NCBI GenBank assembly: GCA_965204735.1
Contig: OZ242008.1
Coordinates: 320,001 to 384,000, forward strand
DNA: 64,000 bases
Direction: 5' to 3'
From: Longimicrobiales bacterium
GTDB taxonomy: Bacteria > Gemmatimonadota > Gemmatimonadetes > Longimicrobiales > Gaopeijiaceae
A program made the position numbers and the translations under genes. Positions 28,174-39,232 of the stretch are shown here, one piece after another (within the stretch, counting starts at the first letter, position 1; every line of letters starts with the position of its first letter). The notes under the pieces are model-generated. The model did not search any database and was not told the DNA's origin. It saw only the letters and a list, made by a program, of their open reading frames with translations.

Positions 28174-29772
28174 ATGACCTACGACCACGCCCCCGACATC
28201 CTTGCCGCCCTCGGTCTCGAAGACGCCAACCTGGGAGGCTTCGCCGGCGAGTGGGTCGGCTCCGGCCCCGCCCTGGAGGTCTTCTCGCCGATCGACGGCG
28301 CCCGCATCGCCACGGTCGCGCAACTCTCCGCCGCCGAGTACGACGGCATCGCCGACCGGGCTCGCCAAGCGTTCTTGGCCTGGCGCCGGGTCCCGCCGCC
28401 TCGACGGGGCGAAGTCGTCCGCCGCCTGGGGCTCCGCCTCCGGGAGAAGAAGGAGGCGCTGGGCGCGCTGGTCACGCTGGAGATGGGCAAGATCAGAGCC
28501 GAGGGCGAGGGCGAGGTCCAGGAGATGATCGACGTCTGCGACTTCGCGACCGGCCTTTCCCGTCAGCTCTACGGCCTCACCATGGCCAGCGAGCGACCGG
28601 ACCACCACATGCGCGAGCAGTGGCATCCGCTGGGGGTCGTGGGGGTGATCAGCGCGTTCAACTTTCCGGTGGCCGTGTGGTCGTGGAACGCGGCAGTGGC
28701 GGCCGTCTGCGGAGACGCGACCCTGTGGAAGCCGGCGTCCGGGACGCCGCTCACGGCGATCGCGGTCACCAAGATCGCCGAGGCCGTCTGCCGGGAGAGC
28801 GGCGTGGACCCCGGCATCTTCGCCCTGGCGGTCGGAAAGGGCTCGGTGGTGGGCGAACGACTCCTCCGCGACCGGCGCGTCCCCCTGGTGTCGGCGACGG
28901 GTTCCTGCGCTGTGGGCCGGCGAGTGGCCCAAGTCGTAGGCGAGCGCTTGGGCCGAACGATCCTGGAGCTGGGCGGCAACAACGCGATCGTCGTCACGCC
29001 CCACGCCAACCTGGAGATGGCGGTTCCTTCAATCGTCTTCGGCGCGGTGGGCACCGCCGGCCAGCGTTGCACGAGCACCCGCCGCGTCGTCGTTCACCGG
29101 TCGATCCGCGACGAGCTGGCCGACCGCCTGATCCGCGCCTACCGCAGCGTGCCCATCGGCAACCCGCTGCACGAGGGCGTCCTGATGGGTCCGCTGGTGA
29201 ACCAGCAGGCCGTGGACGATCTGGTCTCTGCGCGCCGCCGCGTCGTCGAGGAGGGCGGCGAAGTCCTCTACGGGGGCGAGCGGCTCGCCGGCGACCGCTA
29301 CCCGGGCGGCCTCTACGTCACCCCGTGCATCGCCGCCGCAGAGAACCACTGGTCAATCGTCCAGGAGGAAACCTTCGCCCCGATCCTCTACCTGATCGAG
29401 TATGGAACCGCCGGCGCCTCTCCTGCCCAGGCGGCCGACGAGATGGAGGAAGCCGTCGCGCTCCACAACGACGTTCCCCAAGGACTTTCGTCGGCGATCT
29501 TCACCGACGACGTAAGGGAGGCGGAGATGTTCCTTTCGCACCGGGGAAGCGACTGCGGAATCGCCAACGTCAACATCGGCACTTCCGGCGCTGAGATCGG
29601 CGGCGCCTTCGGAGGCGAGAAGGAGACCGGAGGCGGCCGAGAGTCCGGTTCCGACGCATGGAAGTCCTACATGCGACGGCAGACCAACACGGTGAACTGG
29701 AGCACCGACCTGCCTCTGGCGCAGGGCATCGAGTTCGGCGTTCCCCAACCCGGGGCTGAACCGCTGGGCTGA
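28174..29772 (+). CDS. aldehyde dehydrogenase family 7 (antiquitin/piperideine-6-carboxylate dehydrogenase-like)
   Basis: GEVQEMID, ISAFNFP, LELGGNNA, GTAGQRCT and GAEIGGAFGGEKETGGGRESGSDAWK motifs. Confidence 0.93.
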   Translation: MTYDHAPDILAALGLEDANLGGFAGEWVGSGPALEVFSPIDGARIATVAQLSAAEYDGIADRARQAFLAWRRVPPPRRGEVVRRLGLRLREKKEALGALVTLEMGKIRAEGEGEVQEMIDVCDFATGLSRQLYGLTMASERPDHHMREQWHPLGVVGVISAFNFPVAVWSWNAAVAAVCGDATLWKPASGTPLTAIAVTKIAEAVCRESGVDPGIFALAVGKGSVVGERLLRDRRVPLVSATGSCAVGRRVAQVVGERLGRTILELGGNNAIVVTPHANLEMAVPSIVFGAVGTAGQRCTSTRRVVVHRSIRDELADRLIRAYRSVPIGNPLHEGVLMGPLVNQQAVDDLVSARRRVVEEGGEVLYGGERLAGDRYPGGLYVTPCIAAAENHWSIVQEETFAPILYLIEYGTAGASPAQAADEMEEAVALHNDVPQGLSSAIFTDDVREAEMFLSHRGSDCGIANVNIGTSGAEIGGAFGGEKETGGGRESGSDAWKSYMRRQTNTVNWSTDLPLAQGIEFGVPQPGAEPLG

Positions 29773-29815
29773 CCCGACGCGCGCCCAGCCCGGTGGACCA
29801 GCAGGCTTGATCCCC

Positions 29816-30940
29816 TCAGCCCGAGCAAACCCACGAATTCATAGCAAGCCATTCCAACAGAGCCTCGGCAGCCCACTGATGGCCCTGGGGGTTCCAGTGG
29901 CCGTCTGCTGGGAAGAGGGCGTCGCTTGCTTCTCCACCCTGGCTCAGGATGTGGTCGAGCTGGGTGATGACGGGGATGTTGCGGGGAGCCGCCAACCGTC
30001 TCAACGCCGTCCGCACCCTCCAGTTGCTGAATATGGTGTGCGCCTCCAGGGCGACGAGGTATGCACCGGCGCTGTCGGTTCGCTCCAGCCACTGGTCGAC
30101 GGCAAACTCCGTCGGCTCCATTTGGTTCTTGGGCAGAGGCACGGGAGGCCCATTCTCCTCGATCTGCTTCAGCTGAAGGATGGAGGCATCTGTCCAGCGT
30201 TCCCACAACACGCTGTAGTACTGGTGTCTGAACCAAGAGGACGAGTAGTCGGGAAGTACCCCGGAAACGAACTCCGCCGAGGCCCATAGGACTCCGGTGC
30301 CCTGCTGCGGCCACTTGAACCCTCGCGGCGAGGCAGGGTTGGCGCGTGGGTGGACTACGATCTCGAAGCCGTCGCCGTCATCTCGTCGTTCGGCGGAGAC
30401 GAGGTTCATCGGGTGCGAGTTGTCCATGAAGTCGTTGAAGACGAAGACCAGGACGAGCAGCTTCGGCGGACGGTGTCGTATCCACTTGTCCCACCAAGGC
30501 AGCTGAGCGACTTGGCCAGTGAGGCGGAAGCCGTAGGCCGCCGTGGTGACGTCCAGTTCGGGGAGGCGCTCGGCGGCCATGCGCTCCAGCCGAACGTGGA
30601 ACTTGTCGTCAATTCCGACTTCGGCGGCGTGGACAAAGGAATCTCCGACGATCGCCACGTGGCAGCTTTCCTTGGCGCGCTCCGGGCTGATCGGCTCTCG
30701 GTCGAGGAAGCCGAGGCTGTTGGCCCGCGAGATGTTCCAGAAGTCCGTCTGGTTGGTTGCGTGCACCTTCGAGTAGGGCCTCATGAGCTTTCCCGCTCCA
30801 GGGACCACTACCGTGTTCTCGAGTTGCGTCGAGAACGGTCGAGTCGCCCGCAGGTACGCCTCGCCGCCGGCGACCACCGCCAAGAGAGCTGCCGCGAGGC
30901 CGAGAGCGTTCCAGAGGACGATCCGCCCGAACGCCTTCAC
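29816..30940 (-). CDS. SGNH/GDSL-like hydrolase/O-acetyltransferase, paralogue 1
   Basis: N-terminal TM, NSLGF.D, VGDSFV, FVFND and DGHWN motifs. Confidence 0.8.
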   Translation of the reverse strand: MKAFGRIVLWNALGLAAALLAVVAGGEAYLRATRPFSTQLENTVVVPGAGKLMRPYSKVHATNQTDFWNISRANSLGFLDREPISPERAKESCHVAIVGDSFVHAAEVGIDDKFHVRLERMAAERLPELDVTTAAYGFRLTGQVAQLPWWDKWIRHRPPKLLVLVFVFNDFMDNSHPMNLVSAERRDDGDGFEIVVHPRANPASPRGFKWPQQGTGVLWASAEFVSGVLPDYSSSWFRHQYYSVLWERWTDASILQLKQIEENGPPVPLPKNQMEPTEFAVDQWLERTDSAGAYLVALEAHTIFSNWRVRTALRRLAAPRNIPVITQLDHILSQGGEASDALFPADGHWNPQGHQWAAEALLEWLAMNSWVCSG

Positions 30941-30952
30941 GACCGCGTCCGC

Positions 30953-31408
30953 TCAGCCACTGGGAGGTCCGCCCAACAGCTGAACCGGGTCCACCTCCCG
31001 GCCCCAGCGCCAGACTTCCAAGTGCAGGTGGGGTCCCGTCACGTTGCCCGATTGGCCCGTCTTGCCGACGACGGTCGCCTTCGACACCTCCTGACCTTCT
31101 GTGACGGCAATTTCGGAGAGGTGGGCGTACAGCGAGAGGAGGGCGTCGCTGTGGTCGATCCAGACGACTTGGCCGTAGCCGCGCATCGTGCCCGCGAACC
31201 GGACTCGGCCGGCCAGCAGGGGCCGCACCGGGGTGCCGACCGCGGCCGCAATGTCCACTCCCCGATGCAGGTCCGGCAGCACGCCGCCCATCATGCGGAG
31301 GCCGTAGGGGGACCGCACGGGACCCTCGACCGGCCACTGGGGCGAAGCGCACCCGGCCGACAGCGCTGCGGCCAACCCCGCGGCCGCCAGCACGTCGCGA
31401 CGCTTCAT
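30953..31408 (-). CDS. M23 metallopeptidase lipoprotein
   Basis: HRGVD, YAHL and GPHLHLE motifs; LSAGC lipobox. Confidence 0.9.
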   Translation of the reverse strand: MKRRDVLAAAGLAAALSAGCASPQWPVEGPVRSPYGLRMMGGVLPDLHRGVDIAAAVGTPVRPLLAGRVRFAGTMRGYGQVVWIDHSDALLSLYAHLSEIAVTEGQEVSKATVVGKTGQSGNVTGPHLHLEVWRWGREVDPVQLLGGPPSG

Positions 31409-32694
31409 CGCGCGCTGCTCGGCAGGAGGAGCACCGACGCCTCCTCGCCCCGGGCGACGCGGGCGACTCCTGCCGGCACCACCGCGAGGCCGTCCGCGTC
31501 GCGCAAGGAACGGACGAGACCGCTGCCCTGCGGTCCGGTGAGCGAGCACCGCCCGTCGGACGAGAGGCGCACCCGGTAGAAGTGCGTCAGGTCGCGGGAC
31601 GAGGCCAAGTCGGCGTCGGTCCGGGCGGTCGCGCGGAGTCCTGCCGGCCTGGGCGACCCCAGGGCCGCCCGCAGGTAGGGGACCACGAACACGTGAAAGG
31701 TCACGAACGCCGACGCCGGATTGCCCGGAAGGCTGAAGACTGGAAGCTCCCGGTCACCCGCCGGGAGCCGCCCGAACGCAAGGGGACTTCCGGGCCGGAT
31801 GCGGACGCGCCAGAAGTCCAGCCGGAAGGCTTGCTCCAGCATCGCGCGCTTCAGCAGGTCCCGTTCTCCCATGGACGCGCCGCCCGTCGCCACGAGCACG
31901 TCCAGCTGCTCCGCCGCTGCCGCTTTCTCCTGCAGCTCCGCCGGATCGTCGGCCGCATTTCCCAAGTCCACCGCTTCGCCGCCCGCCTCCCGCACCGCCG
32001 CCCCGATCATCCCCCTGTTGGTGTCCGGCACGGCCCGCCCGGCGGACACCAGGTCGAAGCGGTCCAGGCCGGCAAGTTCGTCCCCGCTGGAGAGCACGCC
32101 CACCCGGGGCCGCCGGAAGACGGGGACGGCGGCGCATCCGCTGGCGAGGAGGACCGGAAGCGAGCCGGAGTGGACCACCGTCCCGACCGGAACGGTCTCG
32201 TCTCCGACCTTCATGTCCTGGCCCGGGGGCCGGACGTGCCTGCCCGAGTCGCTCACGTCGTGGACCGTCACGAAGCCGTCGCTGGAGCCGTCTCCCTCGC
32301 CCGCTTCGCCGTCCGTGTGCTCCACGCGGATCACGGTGTCGAAGCCGTCGGGCAGCGGAGCGCCCGTCATGATTCGCACGGCTGCCCCCCGCGGGACCGC
32401 CCCAAGCGGCTCGTCGCCGGGGTAGGCCCGGCCGGCGACCGGCAGTCGAAGGGGAACGCCGTCCGCCGTCGACCGGTCCGCCAACTCCGCGCTCCGCACG
32501 GCGTAGCCGTCCATCGCGCTGTTCGGCCACGCCGGCAGGGTGGCGCCCGCCGCCAACGGAACCGCCACCGACCGTCCCAGCGCCTCCTCGAGAGGGACCG
32601 TCTCCGTGGGCATCGGAGCTGCGGCGGCCACCACGCGCCCCAGCGCTTCCTGGTACGAAAGCCAGTCGGCAGCCAAGCGCTCGAAGTCGGCCAT
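31405..32694 (-). CDS. moeA: molybdopterin molybdotransferase
   Basis: NSAMDGYAVR, IMTGAPLP, SSGDEL, TGGASMG, LPGNPAS and QGSG motifs. Confidence 0.95.
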   Translation of the reverse strand: MADFERLAADWLSYQEALGRVVAAAAPMPTETVPLEEALGRSVAVPLAAGATLPAWPNSAMDGYAVRSAELADRSTADGVPLRLPVAGRAYPGDEPLGAVPRGAAVRIMTGAPLPDGFDTVIRVEHTDGEAGEGDGSSDGFVTVHDVSDSGRHVRPPGQDMKVGDETVPVGTVVHSGSLPVLLASGCAAVPVFRRPRVGVLSSGDELAGLDRFDLVSAGRAVPDTNRGMIGAAVREAGGEAVDLGNAADDPAELQEKAAAAEQLDVLVATGGASMGERDLLKRAMLEQAFRLDFWRVRIRPGSPLAFGRLPAGDRELPVFSLPGNPASAFVTFHVFVVPYLRAALGSPRPAGLRATARTDADLASSRDLTHFYRVRLSSDGRCSLTGPQGSGLVRSLRDADGLAVVPAGVARVARGEEASVLLLPSSAR

Positions 32695-32709
32695 TGCCCG
32701 GCGACCCCG

Positions 32710-33462
32710 TCAGAACTGGAAGGCGGCCCCGAGCGTGAACCCGAGCCCTCGGACCCACTCCCGCTCTGCCACGCCTTCCAGGCCCTTCGACGGATCGCCG
32801 AAGCCGTCCGGCGTGCTCAGCCGCCACAGCTTCATGCTCCCTTCAAGCCACAGCGTGACCCTGCGCGCGGGCGCGATCCGAACTCCCGCTCCCGTCGACG
32901 CCGTGAACGTCGTTCCCATCTCGAAGCGGTCCTCGGGCTGGAGCGCCTCTTCCGCTTCGCCGAGGCCCGCCGCGTCGAGGGCGGTGCCGACGCCTGCGAA
33001 GAGGTGAGGCGCGAACCTGCGCCAAGTCCGCCGGCCCGTCACGCTGAAGGCGAGGCGCGCGTCGACCATGAGCAGGTGAACGTCCGTCTCGCCGATCCTC
33101 CGGTCTCCGTCGGCCCGGCGCGGATCCACCACGTCGCGGGTGGTGGGCGCGTAGGAAAGAAGTCCCTCGGCGAAGAGGGGACCGCTGAGCTCGATGGCGT
33201 ACCGGCCGCCGGCGTAGGGCGCCGACTTGGGTCCAAGTTTCCAGCGTCCTCGGGTCGTGCTCAAGTAGCCCCCGAAGACCCCGGCCCCCTGGGCGTCCTC
33301 CAGGTAGCGGTACGAGGAGGGGATGCTCTGGCCGGCGGCCGGGCTCGGTGCGAAAGGGCCCAGGCAAAGTGCCGAGGCGATCAGCCGGGAGAGAGCCCGA
33401 ATCGTCCGGCGAGAGACACGGGTCGTCCGGTCGGCAGTCGTCAAGTCGGCGGAAGCTGGCAT
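32710..33462 (-). CDS. outer-membrane beta-barrel-like protein
   Basis: Signal peptide, alternating beta-strand pattern and C-terminal Phe (AAFQF). Confidence 0.65.
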   Translation of the reverse strand: MPASADLTTADRTTRVSRRTIRALSRLIASALCLGPFAPSPAAGQSIPSSYRYLEDAQGAGVFGGYLSTTRGRWKLGPKSAPYAGGRYAIELSGPLFAEGLLSYAPTTRDVVDPRRADGDRRIGETDVHLLMVDARLAFSVTGRRTWRRFAPHLFAGVGTALDAAGLGEAEEALQPEDRFEMGTTFTASTGAGVRIAPARRVTLWLEGSMKLWRLSTPDGFGDPSKGLEGVAEREWVRGLGFTLGAAFQF

Positions 33463-33466
33463 TGGG

Positions 33467-34591
33467 CTACTCCGAGCAGACCCACGGATTCGCGACAAGC
33501 CATTCCAGCAGAGCCTCGGCGGCCCACTGGTGGCCCTGGGGGTTCCAGTGGTAGTCCTCTGACCAGTGGGCGTCGCTCTCTTCTCCACCCTGGCGCAGGA
33601 TGTAGTCGAGCTGGTCTACGACGGGGATGTCGCGGGAAGCCGTCAACCGTCTCAACTCCGTCCGGAACTGCCAGTTGACGCCTATGGAGTGCGTCGACAG
33701 GGCGACGAGATGCGCGCCGGCGCTGTCGGTTCGCGCCCGCCATTGGTCGACGGCGAAGACCGTCGGCTCCCACCTGTCCTTGCGCAAGGGCGCTGGAGGT
33801 CCGTTCGCTTCGTCTTCCTGCTTGCGAAGCATCCGGGCGGCGTGGTGGCGCCTCCAGATCACCCTGCGGTACTGGTGTCTGAACCAATAGGACGAGTACT
33901 CCGGAAGCACGCCCGAAACGAACTCCGCCGAGGCCCATAGGACTCCGGTGCCCTGCTGCGGCCACTTGAACCCTCGCGGCGAGGCAGGGTTGGCGCGTGG
34001 GTGGACTACGATCTCGAAGCCGTCGCCGCCTTCTCGTCGTTCGGCGGAGACGAGGTTCGACTGGTTCTCGTTCTCCCCGAAGTCGTTGAAGACGAAGACC
34101 AGGACGAGCAGCTTCGGTGGACGGTGTCGTATCCACTTGTCCCACCAAGGGAGCTGAGCGACTTGGCCGGTGCCCTTGAAGCCGTAGGCCGCCGTGGTGA
34201 CGTCCAGTTCGGGGAGGCGCTCGGCGGCCATGCGCTCCAGCCGAATGTGGAACTTGTCGTCGAGGCCGACTTCGGAAGCGTGGACGTAGGAATCGCCGAC
34301 GACGGCCACGTGGCAGCTTTCCTTGGCGCGCTCCGGGCTGATCGGCTCCCGGTCGAGGAAGCCGAGGCTGTTGGCCCGCGCGACGTTCCAGACGTCCTTG
34401 TGGTCGGTTCTCTGCACCTTCGAGTAGGGCTTCAAGAGCTTTCCCACCCCGGGGACGACCTCCGTGAAGGAGAGGACTTCCGAGAACGGCCGAGTCGCCC
34501 GCAGGTACGCTTCGCCGCCGGCGACCACCGCCAACACGGCTGCCACCAGGCCGAAAGCGTTCCAGAGGACAGTCCGCCCGAATGCCTTCAC
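33467..34591 (-). CDS. SGNH/GDSL-like protein, paralogue 2
   Basis: GTG start VKAFGRTVLW overlapping the paralogue 3 stop; VGDSYV, FVFND and DYHWN motifs. Confidence 0.8.
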   Translation of the reverse strand: MKAFGRTVLWNAFGLVAAVLAVVAGGEAYLRATRPFSEVLSFTEVVPGVGKLLKPYSKVQRTDHKDVWNVARANSLGFLDREPISPERAKESCHVAVVGDSYVHASEVGLDDKFHIRLERMAAERLPELDVTTAAYGFKGTGQVAQLPWWDKWIRHRPPKLLVLVFVFNDFGENENQSNLVSAERREGGDGFEIVVHPRANPASPRGFKWPQQGTGVLWASAEFVSGVLPEYSSYWFRHQYRRVIWRRHHAARMLRKQEDEANGPPAPLRKDRWEPTVFAVDQWRARTDSAGAHLVALSTHSIGVNWQFRTELRRLTASRDIPVVDQLDYILRQGGEESDAHWSEDYHWNPQGHQWAAEALLEWLVANPWVCSE

Positions 34592-35718
34592 GAGAACCCC
34601 GAGCAGACCCACGGATTCGCGACAAGCCATTCCAGCAGCGCCTCGGCGGCCCACTGGTGGCCCTGGGGGTTCCAGTGGTAGTCCTCCGGCCAGTGGGCGT
34701 CGCTCTCTTCTCCACCCTGGCGCAGGATGTAGTCTAGCTGGTCTACGACGGGGATGTTGCGGGAAGCCGTCAACAGTCTCAACGCCGTCCGAAGCCGCCA
34801 GTTGACGCCTATGGAGTGCGTCGACAGGGCGACGAGATGCGCGCCGGCGCTGTCGGTTCGCGCCTGCCATTGGTCGACGGCGAAGACCGTCGGCCCCCAC
34901 TCGTCCTTGCGCAGGGGCGCTGGAGGTCCGTTCGCTTCGTCTTCCTGCTTGCGAAGCATCCGGGCGGCGTGGTCGCGCCTCCAGATCACCCTGCGGTACT
35001 GGTGTCTGAACCAATAGGACGAGTACTCCGGAAGCACGCCCGAAACGAACTCCGCCGAGGCCCACAGGACTCCGGTGCCCGGTCGCGACCTGAAAAAGTT
35101 TCGCGGCGAGGCAGGGTTGGCGCGTGGGTGGACTACGATCTCGAAGCCGTCGCCGCCTTCTCGTCGTTCGGCGGAGACGAGGTTCGACTGGTTCTCGTTC
35201 TCCCCGAAGTCGTTGAAGACGAAGACCAGGACGAGCAGCTTCGGTGGACGGTGTCGTATCCACTTGTCCCACCAAGGGAGCTGAGCGACTTGGCCGGTGC
35301 CCTTGAAGCCGTAGGCCGCCGTGGTGACGTCCAGTTCGGGGAGGCGCTCGGCGGCCATGCGCTCCAGCCGAATGTGGAACTTGTCGTCGAGGCCGACTTC
35401 GGAAGCGTGGACGTAGGAATCGCCGACGACGGCCACGTGGCAGCTTTCCTTGGCGCGCTCCGGGCTGATCGGCTCCCGGTCGAGGAAGCCGAGGCTGTTG
35501 GCCCGCGCGACGTTCCAGACGTCCTTGTGGTCGGTTCTCTGCACCTTCGAGTAGGGCTTCAAGAGCTTTCCCACCCCGGGGACGACCTCCGTGAAGGAGA
35601 GGACTTCCGAGAACGGCCGAGTCGCCCGCAGGTACGCTTCGCCGCCGGCGACCACTGCCAACACGGCTGCCACCAGGCCGAAAGCGTTCCAGAGGACAGT
35701 CCGCCCGAATGCCTTCAC
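34588..35718 (-). CDS. SGNH/GDSL-like protein, paralogue 3
   Basis: Near-identical tandem copy of paralogue 2 (offset 1127 bp). Confidence 0.8.
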   Translation of the reverse strand: MKAFGRTVLWNAFGLVAAVLAVVAGGEAYLRATRPFSEVLSFTEVVPGVGKLLKPYSKVQRTDHKDVWNVARANSLGFLDREPISPERAKESCHVAVVGDSYVHASEVGLDDKFHIRLERMAAERLPELDVTTAAYGFKGTGQVAQLPWWDKWIRHRPPKLLVLVFVFNDFGENENQSNLVSAERREGGDGFEIVVHPRANPASPRNFFRSRPGTGVLWASAEFVSGVLPEYSSYWFRHQYRRVIWRRDHAARMLRKQEDEANGPPAPLRKDEWGPTVFAVDQWQARTDSAGAHLVALSTHSIGVNWRLRTALRLLTASRNIPVVDQLDYILRQGGEESDAHWPEDYHWNPQGHQWAAEALLEWLVANPWVCSGFS

Positions 35719-35746
35719 GAGAACCCCAATGCCTTCACGAGAACCC
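35708..35746. repeat. 20-bp tandem duplication AATGCCTTCACGAGAACCC(C) spanning the paralogue 3 start
   Basis: Two adjacent copies read directly. Confidence 0.85.
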
Positions 35747-35950
35747 AAGGAACACGGTTGCACGGATCGTGAACGAATATAATCTCATCAATCAGAACCC
35801 ATGGGGCGCGGAGCGCCGTAGTCGGGGGAGACCGGCGACGGTCGGCGGATCCAGGCCCCAGCGACGCTGAACGGTCGTGCGGGCTGCGACGCTGGTAGAG
35901 TCCACAAGACGGAACGGCTCCGCCGGAACCGGCCCGGCGGCGAAGGGAGC

Positions 35951-36772
35951 ATGGAGCGGATGCGGTGTTCCACGTGCGGGGAGACGGTGCGCGGCGGCGA
36001 GGACCGCTGTCGCACTTGCGGGTCGGTCGTGGCGCAGCGGCCGGCGCCGGTCTCCTACAGGCAGATCCGCCAGTGCTCCCGCTGCGGGTACCGCGGCGAC
36101 CCGATACACTACTTCCGCAAGGCCGGGAACATCGGCCTTCTCGTGGGGATCAGCGCCTTCACCTACGGCATCGGCGGCCTGGTCTACTACGCGCTCCGGC
36201 GGACTCACGAAGTGTGCCCCAGCTGCGGCGTCGGCTGGGAGCACGCCCGGGAACCCGGCGCCGCCCTGGTGGACGCGCCCCAAGCCCCGTCCTCGCCCGC
36301 CGACCCCGCCCAGGCGGCCCCTTCGGTTCCGCAACGCCCGCCGAAGCTTCCGCCCAGCGGCGTGGGCAGGCGAGTCTTCGGCGGCGGGCTCGCCGTGCTG
36401 GCCACGACCCTGATCACCGCCGGAGTCGCCACCGGCGTGTTCGAGCCCGTCATCGTGGGCTCCGTGTCCGGGATGGCGGGCTCCGGGCTCTTCCTGTGGG
36501 GATGGAAGGCGCTTCAGCGTCGCCGCCACGCCGTCCTGCAAGCCCTCAACCGCAAGGTGCTTCTGCTCGCGACCCAGCGGCAGGGCGTGCTCACGGTGAC
36601 GGAAGTCGCCGCCGAGCTGAACCTCTCCCTTCCCATGGCGGAGAAGATCATGAACGGCATGGACGACGGACTCAGGGTCCGGTCCGACGTGAGCGACGAG
36701 GGAATCATCTACTACGAATTCCCCGAAGTGCGGCACCGCAAAGCGCTCCGAACCGGCGAGCAAGGCCGCTAG
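35951..36772 (+). CDS. membrane protein with zinc ribbons and C-terminal winged-helix-like domain
   Basis: CSTC/CRTC, then CSRC...hydrophobic...CPSC, two TMs, and LTVTEVAAELNLSL...GIIYYEFPE. Confidence 0.7.
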   Translation: MERMRCSTCGETVRGGEDRCRTCGSVVAQRPAPVSYRQIRQCSRCGYRGDPIHYFRKAGNIGLLVGISAFTYGIGGLVYYALRRTHEVCPSCGVGWEHAREPGAALVDAPQAPSSPADPAQAAPSVPQRPPKLPPSGVGRRVFGGGLAVLATTLITAGVATGVFEPVIVGSVSGMAGSGLFLWGWKALQRRRHAVLQALNRKVLLLATQRQGVLTVTEVAAELNLSLPMAEKIMNGMDDGLRVRSDVSDEGIIYYEFPEVRHRKALRTGEQGR

Positions 36773-36989
36773 CCGGCGTCGCTGGCCTTTCAAGCGTGCG
36801 GGGGGCTGGCGTCCAGGAGGATGCGGGCCGGCGTCCGGGGATGCGGCGCCGCTCCCGAGCGCTATATTGGTTCGCTGGGCCTGCGGGTCGCTCCGACTTT
36901 GCCGTCCGACCTTGCCATGGGACCGATCTCGCCGGCACGGCCCCGTGGCACAAGCACTCAATAACCGACGCAGGTGCAGAGAGGAGCCC

Positions 36990-37241
36990 GTGCGAGAGTT
37001 CGTCGACGCCAGTGGGAAGCCGTGGGTCGCCAACGTCGCCGAGGATGCGGGGGGCGACTACAAGGGACGCTTCTTCATGGTCCTGGAAGCTGCCGACGGA
37101 AGCGAGTCCGCGTCGCTGACGGACGTGCGCTGGAACTCGCTCAGAACCGCCCATCGGACGTTGGCCACCATGTCGGACGTCGAGCTGCGGCGCCGACTGC
37201 GCTCCGCCACGGGACGAGCCGCTCCCAGGCCCCTCCTCTAG
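36990..37241 (+). CDS. small hypothetical protein
   Basis: GTG after [18 protein letters not shown]...[10 protein letters not shown]. Confidence 0.7.
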   Translation: MREFVDASGKPWVANVAEDAGGDYKGRFFMVLEAADGSESASLTDVRWNSLRTAHRTLATMSDVELRRRLRSATGRAAPRPLL

Positions 37242-37260
37242 GGTCGGTTCGCGCCTGGCC

Positions 37261-39225
<1,965 letters not shown>

Positions 39226-39232
39226 GGGCCGG

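Noticed and set aside
33467..35275. 602-aa ORF suggesting a long or frameshifted SGNH protein
   Set aside because: The N-terminal part is an off-frame reading of paralogue 3; the real start is GTG 34591.
29816..35718. Diversity-generating retroelement explaining SGNH variation
   Set aside because: No reverse transcriptase in the window, the repeats are whole genes, and the differences I checked are not confined to adenines.
36940..36965. sigma54 promoter (TGGCAC...)
   Set aside because: The -12 TTGC element is absent.
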